Positions 8,139 through 18,111 of a stretch of DNA of 34,334 nt are shown piece by piece. A program made the translations under genes and the position numbers. The stretch covers positions 1 to 34,334 of the forward strand of contig VBGO01000029.1 in assembly GCA_005882525.1 (NCBI GenBank), read 5' to 3'. The DNA is from Chloroflexota bacterium (GTDB lineage Bacteria > Chloroflexota > Dormibacteria > CF-121). Every line of letters starts with the position of its first letter. Positions within the stretch are counted from its first letter, which is position 1. Under the pieces are notes generated by a model. The model saw only the letters and a list, made by a program, of their open reading frames with translations, made no database searches and was not told the origin of the DNA.

Positions 8139-9155
8139 ATGCCGCCCGCGGACCGCACCGACCTCGTCCAACCGGACGGCCGGCATGTGTACCTCTACGG
8201 CGACTTCGATCCTGCCCCCGATGGCTACCAGGCGCCGGCGATGCCGAATGGCGTCTACCAGCGCCGCTGGAATCCGCTGCGCCGCGAGTGGGTGCTGGTG
8301 GCGGCATCCCGCCAGACGCGCACCTTTCTCCCGGAACGGGCCGACTGCCCGCTTTGCCCGTCGGGTCCGGGACACTCGAGCGAAATCCCGGCGGTCCGGT
8401 TCGAGGCCGCCGTTTTCGAGAATCGCTTCCCGGCCATGGTGCCCTGGCCGCCCGCCGGCGGCTCCTGCGAGGTGGTCGTCTACACCGACGAGCACGAGGG
8501 ATCCTTCGCCACCCTGCCGTCGGCGCGACTGGACCGCCTGGCCGAGGTGTGGACCGATCGCTATCGCGACCTCACCGCTCGCCGCGGCATCAAGTACGTC
8601 TACATCTTCGAGAACCGTGGCGAGCAGGTCGGGGTGACGCTGCACCACCCGCACGGTCAGATTTACGCGTACCCCTTCATCCCGCCGGTGGCGGCGACCG
8701 AATTAGGCCGGCATGCCGGCGGCTGTCGCCAGTGCGAGTTGATCCACGACGAGCTCCAAGCCCGGCATCGGATGCTGATCAACGAGGGCGGCATCGTCGC
8801 GTACGTTCCCGAGTCCGCACGATGGCCCTATGAGGTCCACGTGGCCACCCGCGCGCACCGGCCGGCGCTACCCGATCTTCCACCGGCCGGGCGCCGGGGG
8901 CTGCTGGCGGCGATGCAACGCATCACGCGCGCCTATGACCGCCTCTTCGACGTGCCGATGCCGTCCATGATGGCGATGCATCAGTCGCCGGCGGAGGGTT
9001 CCGCGCAGGCCCATCTCCATGTCGAGTTCTATCCGGTCCTGCGCGACCGGGGGAAGCTGAAGTACCTGGCGGGGTCCGAATCCGGGGCCGGGGTCTTTAT
9101 CAACGACACGCTGGCCGAGGAGTCGGCGGAGCGGCTGCGAGCCCTGCTCGAGTAG
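8139..9155 (+). CDS. galT: Galactose-1-phosphate uridylyltransferase
   Basis: RWNPLRREWVLVAASRQTR, CPLCP, FENRFP, FENRGEQVGVTLHHPHGQIYA (HPH active site), LKYLAGSE. Confidence 0.93.
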   Translation: MPPADRTDLVQPDGRHVYLYGDFDPAPDGYQAPAMPNGVYQRRWNPLRREWVLVAASRQTRTFLPERADCPLCPSGPGHSSEIPAVRFEAAVFENRFPAMVPWPPAGGSCEVVVYTDEHEGSFATLPSARLDRLAEVWTDRYRDLTARRGIKYVYIFENRGEQVGVTLHHPHGQIYAYPFIPPVAATELGRHAGGCRQCELIHDELQARHRMLINEGGIVAYVPESARWPYEVHVATRAHRPALPDLPPAGRRGLLAAMQRITRAYDRLFDVPMPSMMAMHQSPAEGSAQAHLHVEFYPVLRDRGKLKYLAGSESGAGVFINDTLAEESAERLRALLE

Positions 9156-9216
9156 CGGCTTGGTAGCAATCTCGCCGGGCGCAACGTACCGACGGCGCCC
9201 CGCCGTTGCTTCCGGT

Positions 9217-9591
9217 ATGGACCTGGTGCGGGCGAGCCTGAGCGTTTTTGCCCTGCTCAACGCCGCCGGGTGGGCGGCGCTGGCCGCCGCCTGGTCGTTC
9301 CGGCCGGAGTGGGCCGAGCGGCTGCCGCTAGAGCTGGGAACCCATGAGCGTTACCTGAAGGCCGCTCCCGTCTGGGGCCGGCTCGCGCTCGCGCTAACCG
9401 GCTTCTGGGCGCTGGCCGCGGCGCTCTACCTGACCGTCGGCCACAACACCGCCCCCTTGATCGTGATCGGGCTGTTCACCGCCGCGGCGGCCTGCCTGAT
9501 CATCGCCATCGCGGCAGCCGGCGCCGTCTTCCGCGCCCTCCAGCCGGATCCGCTACCGGTCGCGATGGAGGGCGGCCAGCAGCCGCTCTAA
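9217..9591 (+). CDS. Small membrane protein of unknown function (about 3 TM)
   Basis: ORF 9160..9591, with ATG 9217 preferred. Three hydrophobic stretches and GC-rich codon pattern. Confidence 0.6.
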   Translation: MDLVRASLSVFALLNAAGWAALAAAWSFRPEWAERLPLELGTHERYLKAAPVWGRLALALTGFWALAAALYLTVGHNTAPLIVIGLFTAAAACLIIAIAAAGAVFRALQPDPLPVAMEGGQQPL

Positions 9592-9756
9592 CCGTCCGAC
9601 CGCCTCGTTCAGCTCGCGGGTAATCGAGGCAAGCTCGGTCGCGGCGCCGGCGTGCAGCTCGCCGGATCGGGCCAGCTCGGACAGGCGATAGCCGACGCCC
9701 ATCACCGTATTCTTCAGCCGCCGAAGCTGCTCCTCAGTCGGAGGCGTGTCAGCCAT
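9553..9756 (-). CDS. Small (67 aa) helical/coiled-coil hypothetical protein
   Basis: ATG 9756 overlaps the psuG stop (ATGGCTGA), suggesting coupling. Amphipathic sequence MADTPPTEEQLRRLKNTVMG...ELNEAVGRLERLL. Confidence 0.6.
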   Translation of the reverse strand: MADTPPTEEQLRRLKNTVMGVGYRLSELARSGELHAGAATELASITRELNEAVGRLERLLAALHRDR

Positions 9757-10624
9757 GGGGAACCAGCGCGGCGGCCAGGCCGGCCGCGAGGACGGCATTG
9801 CGTTCGAGCAGACTGGTGTTGGCCTGGATGACTCGATCGCCGAGTCGGGCCTGCAGGCGAGCGAGCTCGGCGGGCGTTCGCCCGGGTCCGCGCTCCGCCC
9901 CGGCCTGCTCGGCGGTCAGCTCGGAGAGGGGCAGGGCAAGGTCACCGGGTAGTGACTGGCTGACGACCACCCCGGCGCCGCCCAGGTCCCAGTGCCGGCG
10001 AAGCAGCCCGGCCAGTTCCTCGACGCTGTCGGCCCGCATCGGTAGGCGCAGGCCGGCGGAGGTGGCCAGGAACCCCGCGAGCAGCCCCGACCGCCAGCCG
10101 ATCACCGGGACGCCGAGCGTTTCCAACCGCTCGAGGGTGGCGACGGCGTTCAGGGTGGACTTGGGCCCGGCGCAGACGACCGCGACCGGGCGGCGGCTCA
10201 GCTCGGTCAGGTCGGCGGAGACATCCTGGCCGTCGCCCGGGTGAACCCCGCCGATGCCGCCGGTACTGATGACACGAATGCCGGCCTTCGATGCCGCGAT
10301 GATGGTTGCTGCGACGGTGGTGCCGCCAAACCCGGGGCGCACCATGGCGGCCGCCAGGTTCCACGGCGACACCTTGACAGCATCAGCCCGCCCGGCGAGA
10401 ACGGCGCATTCGTCGAGGCGGAGGCCAACACGCAACTGGCCGTCGAACACGGCGACCACAGCCGGGGTGGTGCTGGCCTTCTCGCACGCTTCCCACTGCC
10501 GGCGGACCGCCTCCAGGGCGGCGGGCCGAGGCAGGCCGTGCGTAATGACCGCTGACTCAAGCGCCACCACCGATCCGCCGGAGGCGAGCGCATCGCGAAC
10601 CGCAGGGCCGATGGTAAGAGCCAC
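9749..10624 (-). CDS. psuG: Pseudouridine-5'-phosphate glycosidase family protein (PsuG/IndA), divergent
   Basis: VVALESAVITHGLP, GTTVAAT, TGGIGGVH, DVSADLTEL, VVCAGPKS, TLERLETLGVPV. Confidence 0.88.
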   Translation of the reverse strand: MALTIGPAVRDALASGGSVVALESAVITHGLPRPAALEAVRRQWEACEKASTTPAVVAVFDGQLRVGLRLDECAVLAGRADAVKVSPWNLAAAMVRPGFGGTTVAATIIAASKAGIRVISTGGIGGVHPGDGQDVSADLTELSRRPVAVVCAGPKSTLNAVATLERLETLGVPVIGWRSGLLAGFLATSAGLRLPMRADSVEELAGLLRRHWDLGGAGVVVSQSLPGDLALPLSELTAEQAGAERGPGRTPAELARLQARLGDRVIQANTSLLERNAVLAAGLAAALVPHG

Positions 10625-10662
10625 CGCAGCATGTTACGTCGCTATATATTCATGTCAGCGTT
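10625..10662. promoter_or_regulatory. Back-to-back divergent promoters: TAACAT (minus, 10631-10636) for leaderless psuG and TATATT (plus, 10645-10650) for tRNA-Leu
   Basis: AT-rich patch in a GC-rich background. TAACAT is 6 nt upstream of the psuG GTG and TATATT is 12 nt upstream of the tRNA. Confidence 0.6.
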
Positions 10663-10744
10663 GCGGGCGTAGCCGAATTGGTACAGGCGCACGGCTTAGG
10701 ACCGTGTGGCGCAAGCCATGGGGGTTCGAGTCCCTTCGCCCGCA
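10663..10744 (+). tRNA. tRNA-Leu (anticodon TAG), CCA not encoded
   Basis: Acceptor GCGGGCG/CGCCCGC, anticodon arm CACGG-CTTAGGA-CCGTG (TAG 10697-10699), long variable arm TGGC-GCAA-GCCA, T arm GGGGG-TTCGAGT-CCCTT. Confidence 0.96.
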
Positions 10745-10823
10745 CGCTGACCAGGTCCTTTGACAGGGCGGATTGCCATCGATCGACCGGGAACCGCCGG
10801 GCCGGCCAGGATGTATAAACGAA

Positions 10824-11753
10824 ATGAGGACGGGCCGCATCCTCTCGGTGGCTCTGGCGGGGCCTCTCGTACTGGGGGCGTGCATCGGGGCGTTCGATCG
10901 GGAGCAGTCGGAGGCTCGCCCGTCTCCGTCCACGGCAGCGTCTGACGCGCCGGGGCCGACCGGCGGAGATCGGTCCTCGCTCTACGGGCGAATCGCGTTC
11001 GACAACCACGACGACGTGTGGGCGATCGACGCCGACGGCACGCACCTGGCGCGGCTCACTCACTCCCCCGGACCCGACTTCGACCCGTCGTGGTCTCTCG
11101 ACGGCACCCAGATCGCGTTCCGATCCGAACGAAGCGGCGAGCCGGAGATCTGGGTAATGAACGCCGACGGCAGGGATCAGCGGCGACTGGCCGCAGGCCT
11201 ATCGCCAGCCTGGTCGCCTGACGGATCGGTGATCGCTTTCGCCGGGCCCGCAGGGCTCTCGGTGATAAGACCGGACGGGACGGGCCTCCGGGTCCTGCCT
11301 CACACCGAGGGCGGCGAGTATCCGTCGTGGTCCCCCGACGGGTCCCGGATCGCCTTCAACTCGAATCTCACGGGGGACCACGTGATGTACATCGCGCAGG
11401 CCGACGGCTCGAAGGTCGAGGACCTGTCTCGTGCTGGCGAGGGGTGGCAGGTGGACTGGTCGCCCGACGGCCGCTCTATCCTATTCACGTCGCACCGCGA
11501 CCATCCGGACAACTACACGGACATCTATGTGATGCGCCCCGATGGCTCGGCCGTGCGCAGGTTGACGCGCGACCGTGCGTACACACCGGCGTGGTCGCCA
11601 GCCGGCGATAAGATTGTCTTCTCGGCGCCGGGGCTGTTCATCATGGAACCCGACGGCAGCGACGTGAGAGCTGTCCACACCCCGGGAGTTAGCGAGACTT
11701 CGTTACCCGATTGGACGGACTGGGGCCGCTCATCCCGTAGCATCATCCCGTAA
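10824..11753 (+). CDS. TolB-like beta-propeller (PD40/WD40-like repeat) lipoprotein
   Basis: Lipobox LGAC after ATG 10824. Five to six PxWSPDGxxIAF repeats (PSWSLDG, PAWSPDG, PSWSPDG, VDWSPDG, PAWSPAG, PDW). Confidence 0.85.
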   Translation: MRTGRILSVALAGPLVLGACIGAFDREQSEARPSPSTAASDAPGPTGGDRSSLYGRIAFDNHDDVWAIDADGTHLARLTHSPGPDFDPSWSLDGTQIAFRSERSGEPEIWVMNADGRDQRRLAAGLSPAWSPDGSVIAFAGPAGLSVIRPDGTGLRVLPHTEGGEYPSWSPDGSRIAFNSNLTGDHVMYIAQADGSKVEDLSRAGEGWQVDWSPDGRSILFTSHRDHPDNYTDIYVMRPDGSAVRRLTRDRAYTPAWSPAGDKIVFSAPGLFIMEPDGSDVRAVHTPGVSETSLPDWTDWGRSSRSIIP

Positions 11754-12009
11754 ACCGCCGTGTTCGCGCCGATGCAGAGGGATCGGCCGCAGACTGTATC
11801 CAGGACGTCACGCTTGGACGATTTGGCAAGGGCGGGACCAGCTTTTCAAGGATGTCGAGCTAGAGCCGCGACGTGTCAATGAACTCCACGCTGGAACGCA
11901 ACGCTTCTTAGAATTGGGCTTGCTCAGCGAGATTAGGGTGGGGAGTTGCCTCTACGCCCGTCCACTCGGCCGTGTGCGACTTTTCGGCGAACTGGTAGCG
12001 TAAGTCAGC

Positions 12010-13416
12010 GTGGCAGCCGTGAAGGTCGAGACCGAGCGCAAGCCGGGCTCGCAGGTCATTTTGTCGGTCGAGATCGATGCCGACCAGGTCTTAAGATCGA
12101 TCGAGCAGGCCTACAGCCGGCTGGCGCCGCGCGTCCGCATCGCCGGCTTCCGGCCCGGCAAGGCGCCCCGACCCATGGTCGAGCGCGAGATCGGCTGGCC
12201 CACCCTGCGCCAGGAGGCCCTTGACTTGATCCTTCCCACCGCCTACAACTCGGCGCTCGATGAAGCCGGGCTCGATCCGATCGACGTGCCGCGCGTCGAG
12301 GTCCAGCAGTTCGACCGCGGCCAGCCGATGAAATTCACGGCGACGGTGTCGATCAAGCCGGAGATCACACTCAAGGACTACAAGGACATCAGGGTCCCGC
12401 GGCCGCGGACCGAGATGGGCGAGACCGACGTCGATGAGGCGATCGAGCGGTTGCGGGCGCGCTTCGCTGAGCTGCACGCCGTCGAGCGGCCGGTGCAGGC
12501 CGGCGATTTTCTGACGGTCGACACCCACATCCTCAAGTCCGGCGCGCTGCTGATCGGCGAGAGCCAGACCGACGCCCAGCTCGAGGTCGATAAGGACCGC
12601 CTGATCAACGGGCTGGCCGAAGGCCTGATTGGCCAGGCCCTGAATGAGACCCGCGACATCCGGCTGACGCTGCCAGCCGACTATCCGAAGAAGGATCTGG
12701 CCGGGTCGGACGTGGTCTTTCGCATCACCGTGAAGTCGATCAAGGAACGCCGGCTACCCGGGTTGGATGACGACCTGGCCCAGCAGGTGGGACGTGGCCA
12801 GACGCTGGCGGAGCTGCGCCAGGAAGTTCGCGACGAGCTCCAGGAAGCGGCCCACGTGGCCGACGAGCAGCGTTTCGAGAACGAGGTGCTCAAGGCTCTT
12901 GACGAGCGGATGGAAGTGGAAGTCCCCGAGGCGCTCATCGAGCGCGAAGTCTCACGCCGGGTGCGGGAGCTCGAGCTCCGCCTGCAGGAACAGGGCGTGA
13001 AGATGGACCGGTATCTCGAGTACACCAACACTTCGCTGGACGTCCTCAAGGCGGAGCAGCGCCCTCAGGCGGTACAGAAGGTTCGGCTCGAGCTAGCTCT
13101 GGAGGCGGTAGCCGAGCGCGAAGGAGTGACGGTCTCCGATGCGGAGGTTCAAGAGGCGGTCACCAACGCCCTGGCCGAGGATGATCACGCCGGCCACCGG
13201 CACGAGGACCTCCGCACCGCCGACCCGGTGCGGGCCTACTTTCGGCAGCAGCTTTTGATGCGAAAGACCATTGACTATTTGAGTAGCATGGCCGCCCCGG
13301 AACCGTCAGATTCATCGGATACAATGGAGCCGCCTCAAGCAGCGAAAGAGCTGGCGAGCGCGGGGAAGTCGGCGTCGGGGGGAGAGCGGCGGACGCGGCA
13401 AAAGAAGGAACGCTGA
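12010..13416 (+). CDS. tig: Trigger factor
   Basis: GFRPGKAP ribosome-binding signature, FKBP-like middle region (PADYPKKDLAG), position upstream of clpP/clpX. Confidence 0.95.
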   Translation: MAAVKVETERKPGSQVILSVEIDADQVLRSIEQAYSRLAPRVRIAGFRPGKAPRPMVEREIGWPTLRQEALDLILPTAYNSALDEAGLDPIDVPRVEVQQFDRGQPMKFTATVSIKPEITLKDYKDIRVPRPRTEMGETDVDEAIERLRARFAELHAVERPVQAGDFLTVDTHILKSGALLIGESQTDAQLEVDKDRLINGLAEGLIGQALNETRDIRLTLPADYPKKDLAGSDVVFRITVKSIKERRLPGLDDDLAQQVGRGQTLAELRQEVRDELQEAAHVADEQRFENEVLKALDERMEVEVPEALIEREVSRRVRELELRLQEQGVKMDRYLEYTNTSLDVLKAEQRPQAVQKVRLELALEAVAEREGVTVSDAEVQEAVTNALAEDDHAGHRHEDLRTADPVRAYFRQQLLMRKTIDYLSSMAAPEPSDSSDTMEPPQAAKELASAGKSASGGERRTRQKKER

Positions 13417-13424
13417 CCAACGAT

Positions 13425-13446
13425 GCGTATTCAAAAGTGAGTACGC
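13425..13446 (+). other. Hairpin/inverted repeat GCGTATTCA-AAAG-TGAGTACGC between tig and the clpP promoter (terminator-like or operator)
   Basis: 9-bp stem with one G-U pair, starting 8 nt after the tig stop. No U-tract. Confidence 0.5.
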
Positions 13447-13474
13447 GGAAGACTGGATTGTAAGAATTGAACCC

Positions 13475-13480
13475 TATAAT
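13475..13480 (+). promoter_or_regulatory. -10 box TATAAT for clpP-clpX-lon
   Basis: Perfect TATAAT in an AT-rich spacer, followed by SD AGGAGA and ATG 13500. Confidence 0.65.
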
Positions 13481-13499
13481 GACGACAGGAGAGCCACTC

Positions 13500-14227
13500 A
13501 TGACATTCGAACGGCTCAGCCGACGTCCCGAAGCCCTCATCCCCATGGTCATCGAGACCACCAACCGAGGCGAGCGTGCCTTCGACATTTACTCGCGGCT
13601 GCTCAAGGACCGCATCATCTTCATCGGCACGCCGATCGATGACCAGGTCGCCAACGTCGTCATGGCGCAACTGCTGTTCCTCGCCTCTGAGGATCCAGAC
13701 AAGGACATCAACATCTATATCAACAGCCCGGGCGGTGTCGTCACCGCCGGACTGGCGATCTACGACACCATGCGCTACGTCAGCCCGCGCGTTTCGACCG
13801 TCTGCATGGGGCTGGCCGCCAGCATGGCGACCGTCCTGCTCGCCGGCGGCACCAAGGGGATGCGCTTCGCGCTGCCCAACACCCGGATCCTGATCCATCA
13901 GCCGTCGGGCGGCTTCCAGGGCCAGGCGAGCGATATCCAGATCCATGCCCAGGAGATCCTGCGCATTCGCAAGACCCTCAATGACATCCTGGCCACCCAT
14001 ACCGGCCAGCCGATCGAGAAGATCGAGCGCGACACCGAGCGCGACTTCTTCATGAGCGCGGAAGAAGCTAAGGGCTACGGCATCATCGACGACATCATCC
14101 TCAGCACCGCCCGGCCGGGCGACGTCGCCGCCGCGGCCAAGGACGGCCGCCTCGAGCTGAGCACCGCCGGGAGCGCCCGGCCGGAGCCGCGTCCCGAGCC
14201 GGAGCGCGAAGGACCGAAGACATCCCG

Positions 14228-14231
<4 letters not shown>
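13500..14231 (+). CDS. clpP: ATP-dependent Clp protease proteolytic subunit
   Basis: [26 protein letters not shown] (Ser), IHQP (His), ERDFFM (Asp). SD AGGAG upstream. Confidence 0.97.
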
Positions 14232-15499
<1,268 letters not shown>

Positions 15500-15506
15500 G
15501 ACGATC

Positions 15507-17951
15507 TTGTCGACTGTGACCGGCGGGCCGGCCACGCTTCAGATACCGCTCCTCCCCCTCAAGAACGTCGTTCTCTTTCCCCACATGATCGTTCCCCTCT
15601 ATGTCGGGCGCGAACGATCGATCCACGCCCTCGAGGCGGCGATGCCGCACGGCAAGCAGGTGTTCCTCTGCACCCAGCGCCGGGCCGACTGCGAGGACCC
15701 CAAGGAGGAAGACCTCTACCGGGTCGGCGTGCTCGGTGAGGTGGTGCAGATGCTCAAGCTGCCGGACAGCACCATCAAGGTGCTGATCGAGGGGACCTCG
15801 CGAGCGGTGATCGAACGCTTCGTCGAGACCGAACCGCACCTCCGGGTCGAAGTGGCAATGCTGGACGAGGACTTCATCGTCTCGCCGGAGCTGGAGGCAT
15901 TGATGCGCGGCGTGGTCAACCTCTTCGACCGCTACGTCGAGCTCGACAAGAAGGTGCCGCCGGAGGTCAACCTGACCGTGCGCGGCGTCGAAGATGCCGG
16001 CCGGCTGGCGGACATCGTCGCCGCCAACCTGAGCATCGGCGTGACCGACAAGCAGGACGTGCTGGAGACGTTCCAGATGAACGACCGGCTGGAGAAATTG
16101 TCGACCGTCTTGCAGCGCGAGATCGAGATCCGAGACATGGACCGTTCCATCCGGCAGCGGGTCAGGCAGCAGATCGACCGGCGGCAGAAGGAGTTCTACC
16201 TAAAAGAGCAGATGCGCGTCATCCAGGAGGAGCTGGGTAGTGGGGAAGAGCCGCACCTGAGCGAGATGGACGAGTTGCGCGAACGCGTCCGGGCGCTCGA
16301 GCTGGCCGAGGCGATCGAGGAGCGCCTGCTCAAGGACATCGACCGGCTGGAGCGGATGCCCTCCGGCTCGCCGGAGATCTCGGTGCTGCACAACTACATC
16401 GACCTGGTCGTCTCCCTGCCCTGGCACACGTCCAGCGACGATGTCACCGACCTGCGTGCCGCCGAGAAGGTGCTCGATGAAGATCACCATGGCCTGCGAA
16501 AGATCAAGGAACGCATCCTGGAGTTCCTGGCCGTCCGCCAGCTGACGAAGTCGCCCAAGGGGCCGATCCTCTGCTTCATCGGTCCCCCCGGGGTGGGGAA
16601 GACTAGCCTCGGTCGCTCGATCGCGCGGGCATTGGGACGGAAATTCGTCCGGGTCTCGCTGGGCGGCGTCTCCGATGAGGCCGAGATCCGGGGCCACCGG
16701 CGGACTTACGTTGGCTCGATGCCGGGGCGGATAATCAAGGGCTTGCGCGAGGCGGGCACCCGTAACCCGGTCTTCCTGCTCGATGAGATCGACAAGATGT
16801 CGTCCGATTTCCGGGGTGATCCCGCCTCGGCAATGCTGGAGGTGCTCGACCCGGAACAGAACAAGCACTTCTCGGATCACTACCTGGAAATTCCCTTCGA
16901 CCTGTCCGAAGTCCTCTTCATCACCACTGCGAACGTCTACTACTCCATCCCCCGTCCTCTGCTCGACCGGATGGAGGTGATCAACCTGGCCGGCTACACG
17001 ACCGAGGAGAAGATGGTGATCGCGCGCGAATTCCTGATCCCCAAGCAGCTCGGCGAGCACGGCCTCACCGAGAAGCACATCGAGATCACGAAGCCGGCGG
17101 TCGCCACGATGATCAGCCGCTACACCTCAGAGGCCGGGGTCCGCAACCTGGAGCGATCGATCGCCGGCGTCTGCCGCAAGGTCGCCCGCGAGGTCGTCAA
17201 GGGCAAGACGCGCCGAATGACGATCGGGCCGACTCGGCTCGATGACCTGCTCGGACCGCCGCGCTACAAGCCCGACGAGGGGCATACGGAGCCGCTGATC
17301 GGGGTCGCCAATGGGCTCGCCTGGACCGAGGTCGGCGGCGTGCTGCTCACCATCGAGGTGATCACCATGCCGGGCAAGGGCAACCTCAACCTGACCGGTC
17401 AGCTGGGCGATGTGATGCAGGAGTCGGCCCGGGCCGCGCTCTCCTACGCGCGGTCGAATGCGGAGGCGCTCGGCATCCCCGTCGATTTCCGCGACAAATT
17501 GGACCTGCACATCCACATTCCCAAGGGCGCCATCCCCAAGGACGGCCCCTCGGCCGGCATCTCGATGGCGTTGGCCATCATCTCGGCCCTCTCGCACCGT
17601 CCGATCCGCTCGGATGTGGCCCTGACCGGCGAGATCACGCTACGCGGGCGGGTGCTGCCCATCGGCGGATTGAAGGAGAAGGTCCTGGCGGCCCACCGGA
17701 TCGGCATCGGCACCATCGTCTTGCCGGCCGACAATCAGCCGGACCTGGTCGACATTCCGCCGGATATCCGCAAGCGGCTCACCTTCAAGTTCGCGAGCAG
17801 CATGGACGAAGTGATCGCCGAGGCGCTGCTACCCCGCTCCGAGGTAGTCTCCGTGCCCCAGCTCGCCGAACCGGCCGGGATCGAGGAGCCGGCGGCCGCC
17901 AACGCCGACGAACGGCCCCGACCCGACGTGCCCGCCCCACCGGCACTGTAG
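15507..17951 (+). CDS. lon: Lon protease (endopeptidase La)
   Basis: LON N domain, GPPGVGKTS, RRTYVGSMPGR, LLDEIDK, PKDGPSAG (Ser), GGLKEK (Lys). Confidence 0.97.
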   Translation: MSTVTGGPATLQIPLLPLKNVVLFPHMIVPLYVGRERSIHALEAAMPHGKQVFLCTQRRADCEDPKEEDLYRVGVLGEVVQMLKLPDSTIKVLIEGTSRAVIERFVETEPHLRVEVAMLDEDFIVSPELEALMRGVVNLFDRYVELDKKVPPEVNLTVRGVEDAGRLADIVAANLSIGVTDKQDVLETFQMNDRLEKLSTVLQREIEIRDMDRSIRQRVRQQIDRRQKEFYLKEQMRVIQEELGSGEEPHLSEMDELRERVRALELAEAIEERLLKDIDRLERMPSGSPEISVLHNYIDLVVSLPWHTSSDDVTDLRAAEKVLDEDHHGLRKIKERILEFLAVRQLTKSPKGPILCFIGPPGVGKTSLGRSIARALGRKFVRVSLGGVSDEAEIRGHRRTYVGSMPGRIIKGLREAGTRNPVFLLDEIDKMSSDFRGDPASAMLEVLDPEQNKHFSDHYLEIPFDLSEVLFITTANVYYSIPRPLLDRMEVINLAGYTTEEKMVIAREFLIPKQLGEHGLTEKHIEITKPAVATMISRYTSEAGVRNLERSIAGVCRKVAREVVKGKTRRMTIGPTRLDDLLGPPRYKPDEGHTEPLIGVANGLAWTEVGGVLLTIEVITMPGKGNLNLTGQLGDVMQESARAALSYARSNAEALGIPVDFRDKLDLHIHIPKGAIPKDGPSAGISMALAIISALSHRPIRSDVALTGEITLRGRVLPIGGLKEKVLAAHRIGIGTIVLPADNQPDLVDIPPDIRKRLTFKFASSMDEVIAEALLPRSEVVSVPQLAEPAGIEEPAAANADERPRPDVPAPPAL

Positions 17952-17961
17952 CGAGACTAAA

Positions 17962-18086
17962 CCGCGCCATGCGCCGTCCAGCCGCTTGCGGCGCACTCGC
18001 GCTTAACAACGTGCGCTCGTGTGCTCGCACAAGCGGCATACGGCGCGGCGCTCATTCGCGCGAAAGCGCGGCGGCCTGAAGGCCGC
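17962..18086. other. Highly structured intergenic element (long nested stem plus two tetraloop hairpins); ncRNA, leader or REP-like repeat
   Basis: GCGCCGT/ACGGCGC, GCCGCTTG/CAAGCGGC and GCGCAC/GTGCGC nested stems, then CGCGC-GAAA-GCGCG and GCGGCC-TGAA-GGCCGC. Confidence 0.55.
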
Positions 18087-18111
18087 TAAGCCCGTAAACT
18101 AGGTGGCCACT

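Noticed and set aside
10760-10765. Perfect TTGACA -35 after tRNA-Leu
   Set aside because: No -10-like hexamer 16-18 nt downstream.
11020-11720. Repeated TGGTCGCC.GACGG units as a CRISPR or DNA repeat array
   Set aside because: They are the in-frame codons of PD40 WSPDG protein repeats, with degenerate third positions.
11936-11964. attR-type direct repeat of the tRNA-Leu 3' end
   Set aside because: Only CGCCCG and a few scattered bases match, which is easily chance at this GC content. No integrase is present.
17952-18111. T-box riboswitch upstream of valS
   Set aside because: No T-box consensus antiterminator, specifier-stem motifs or U-tract terminator. Kept only as an unexplained structured element.
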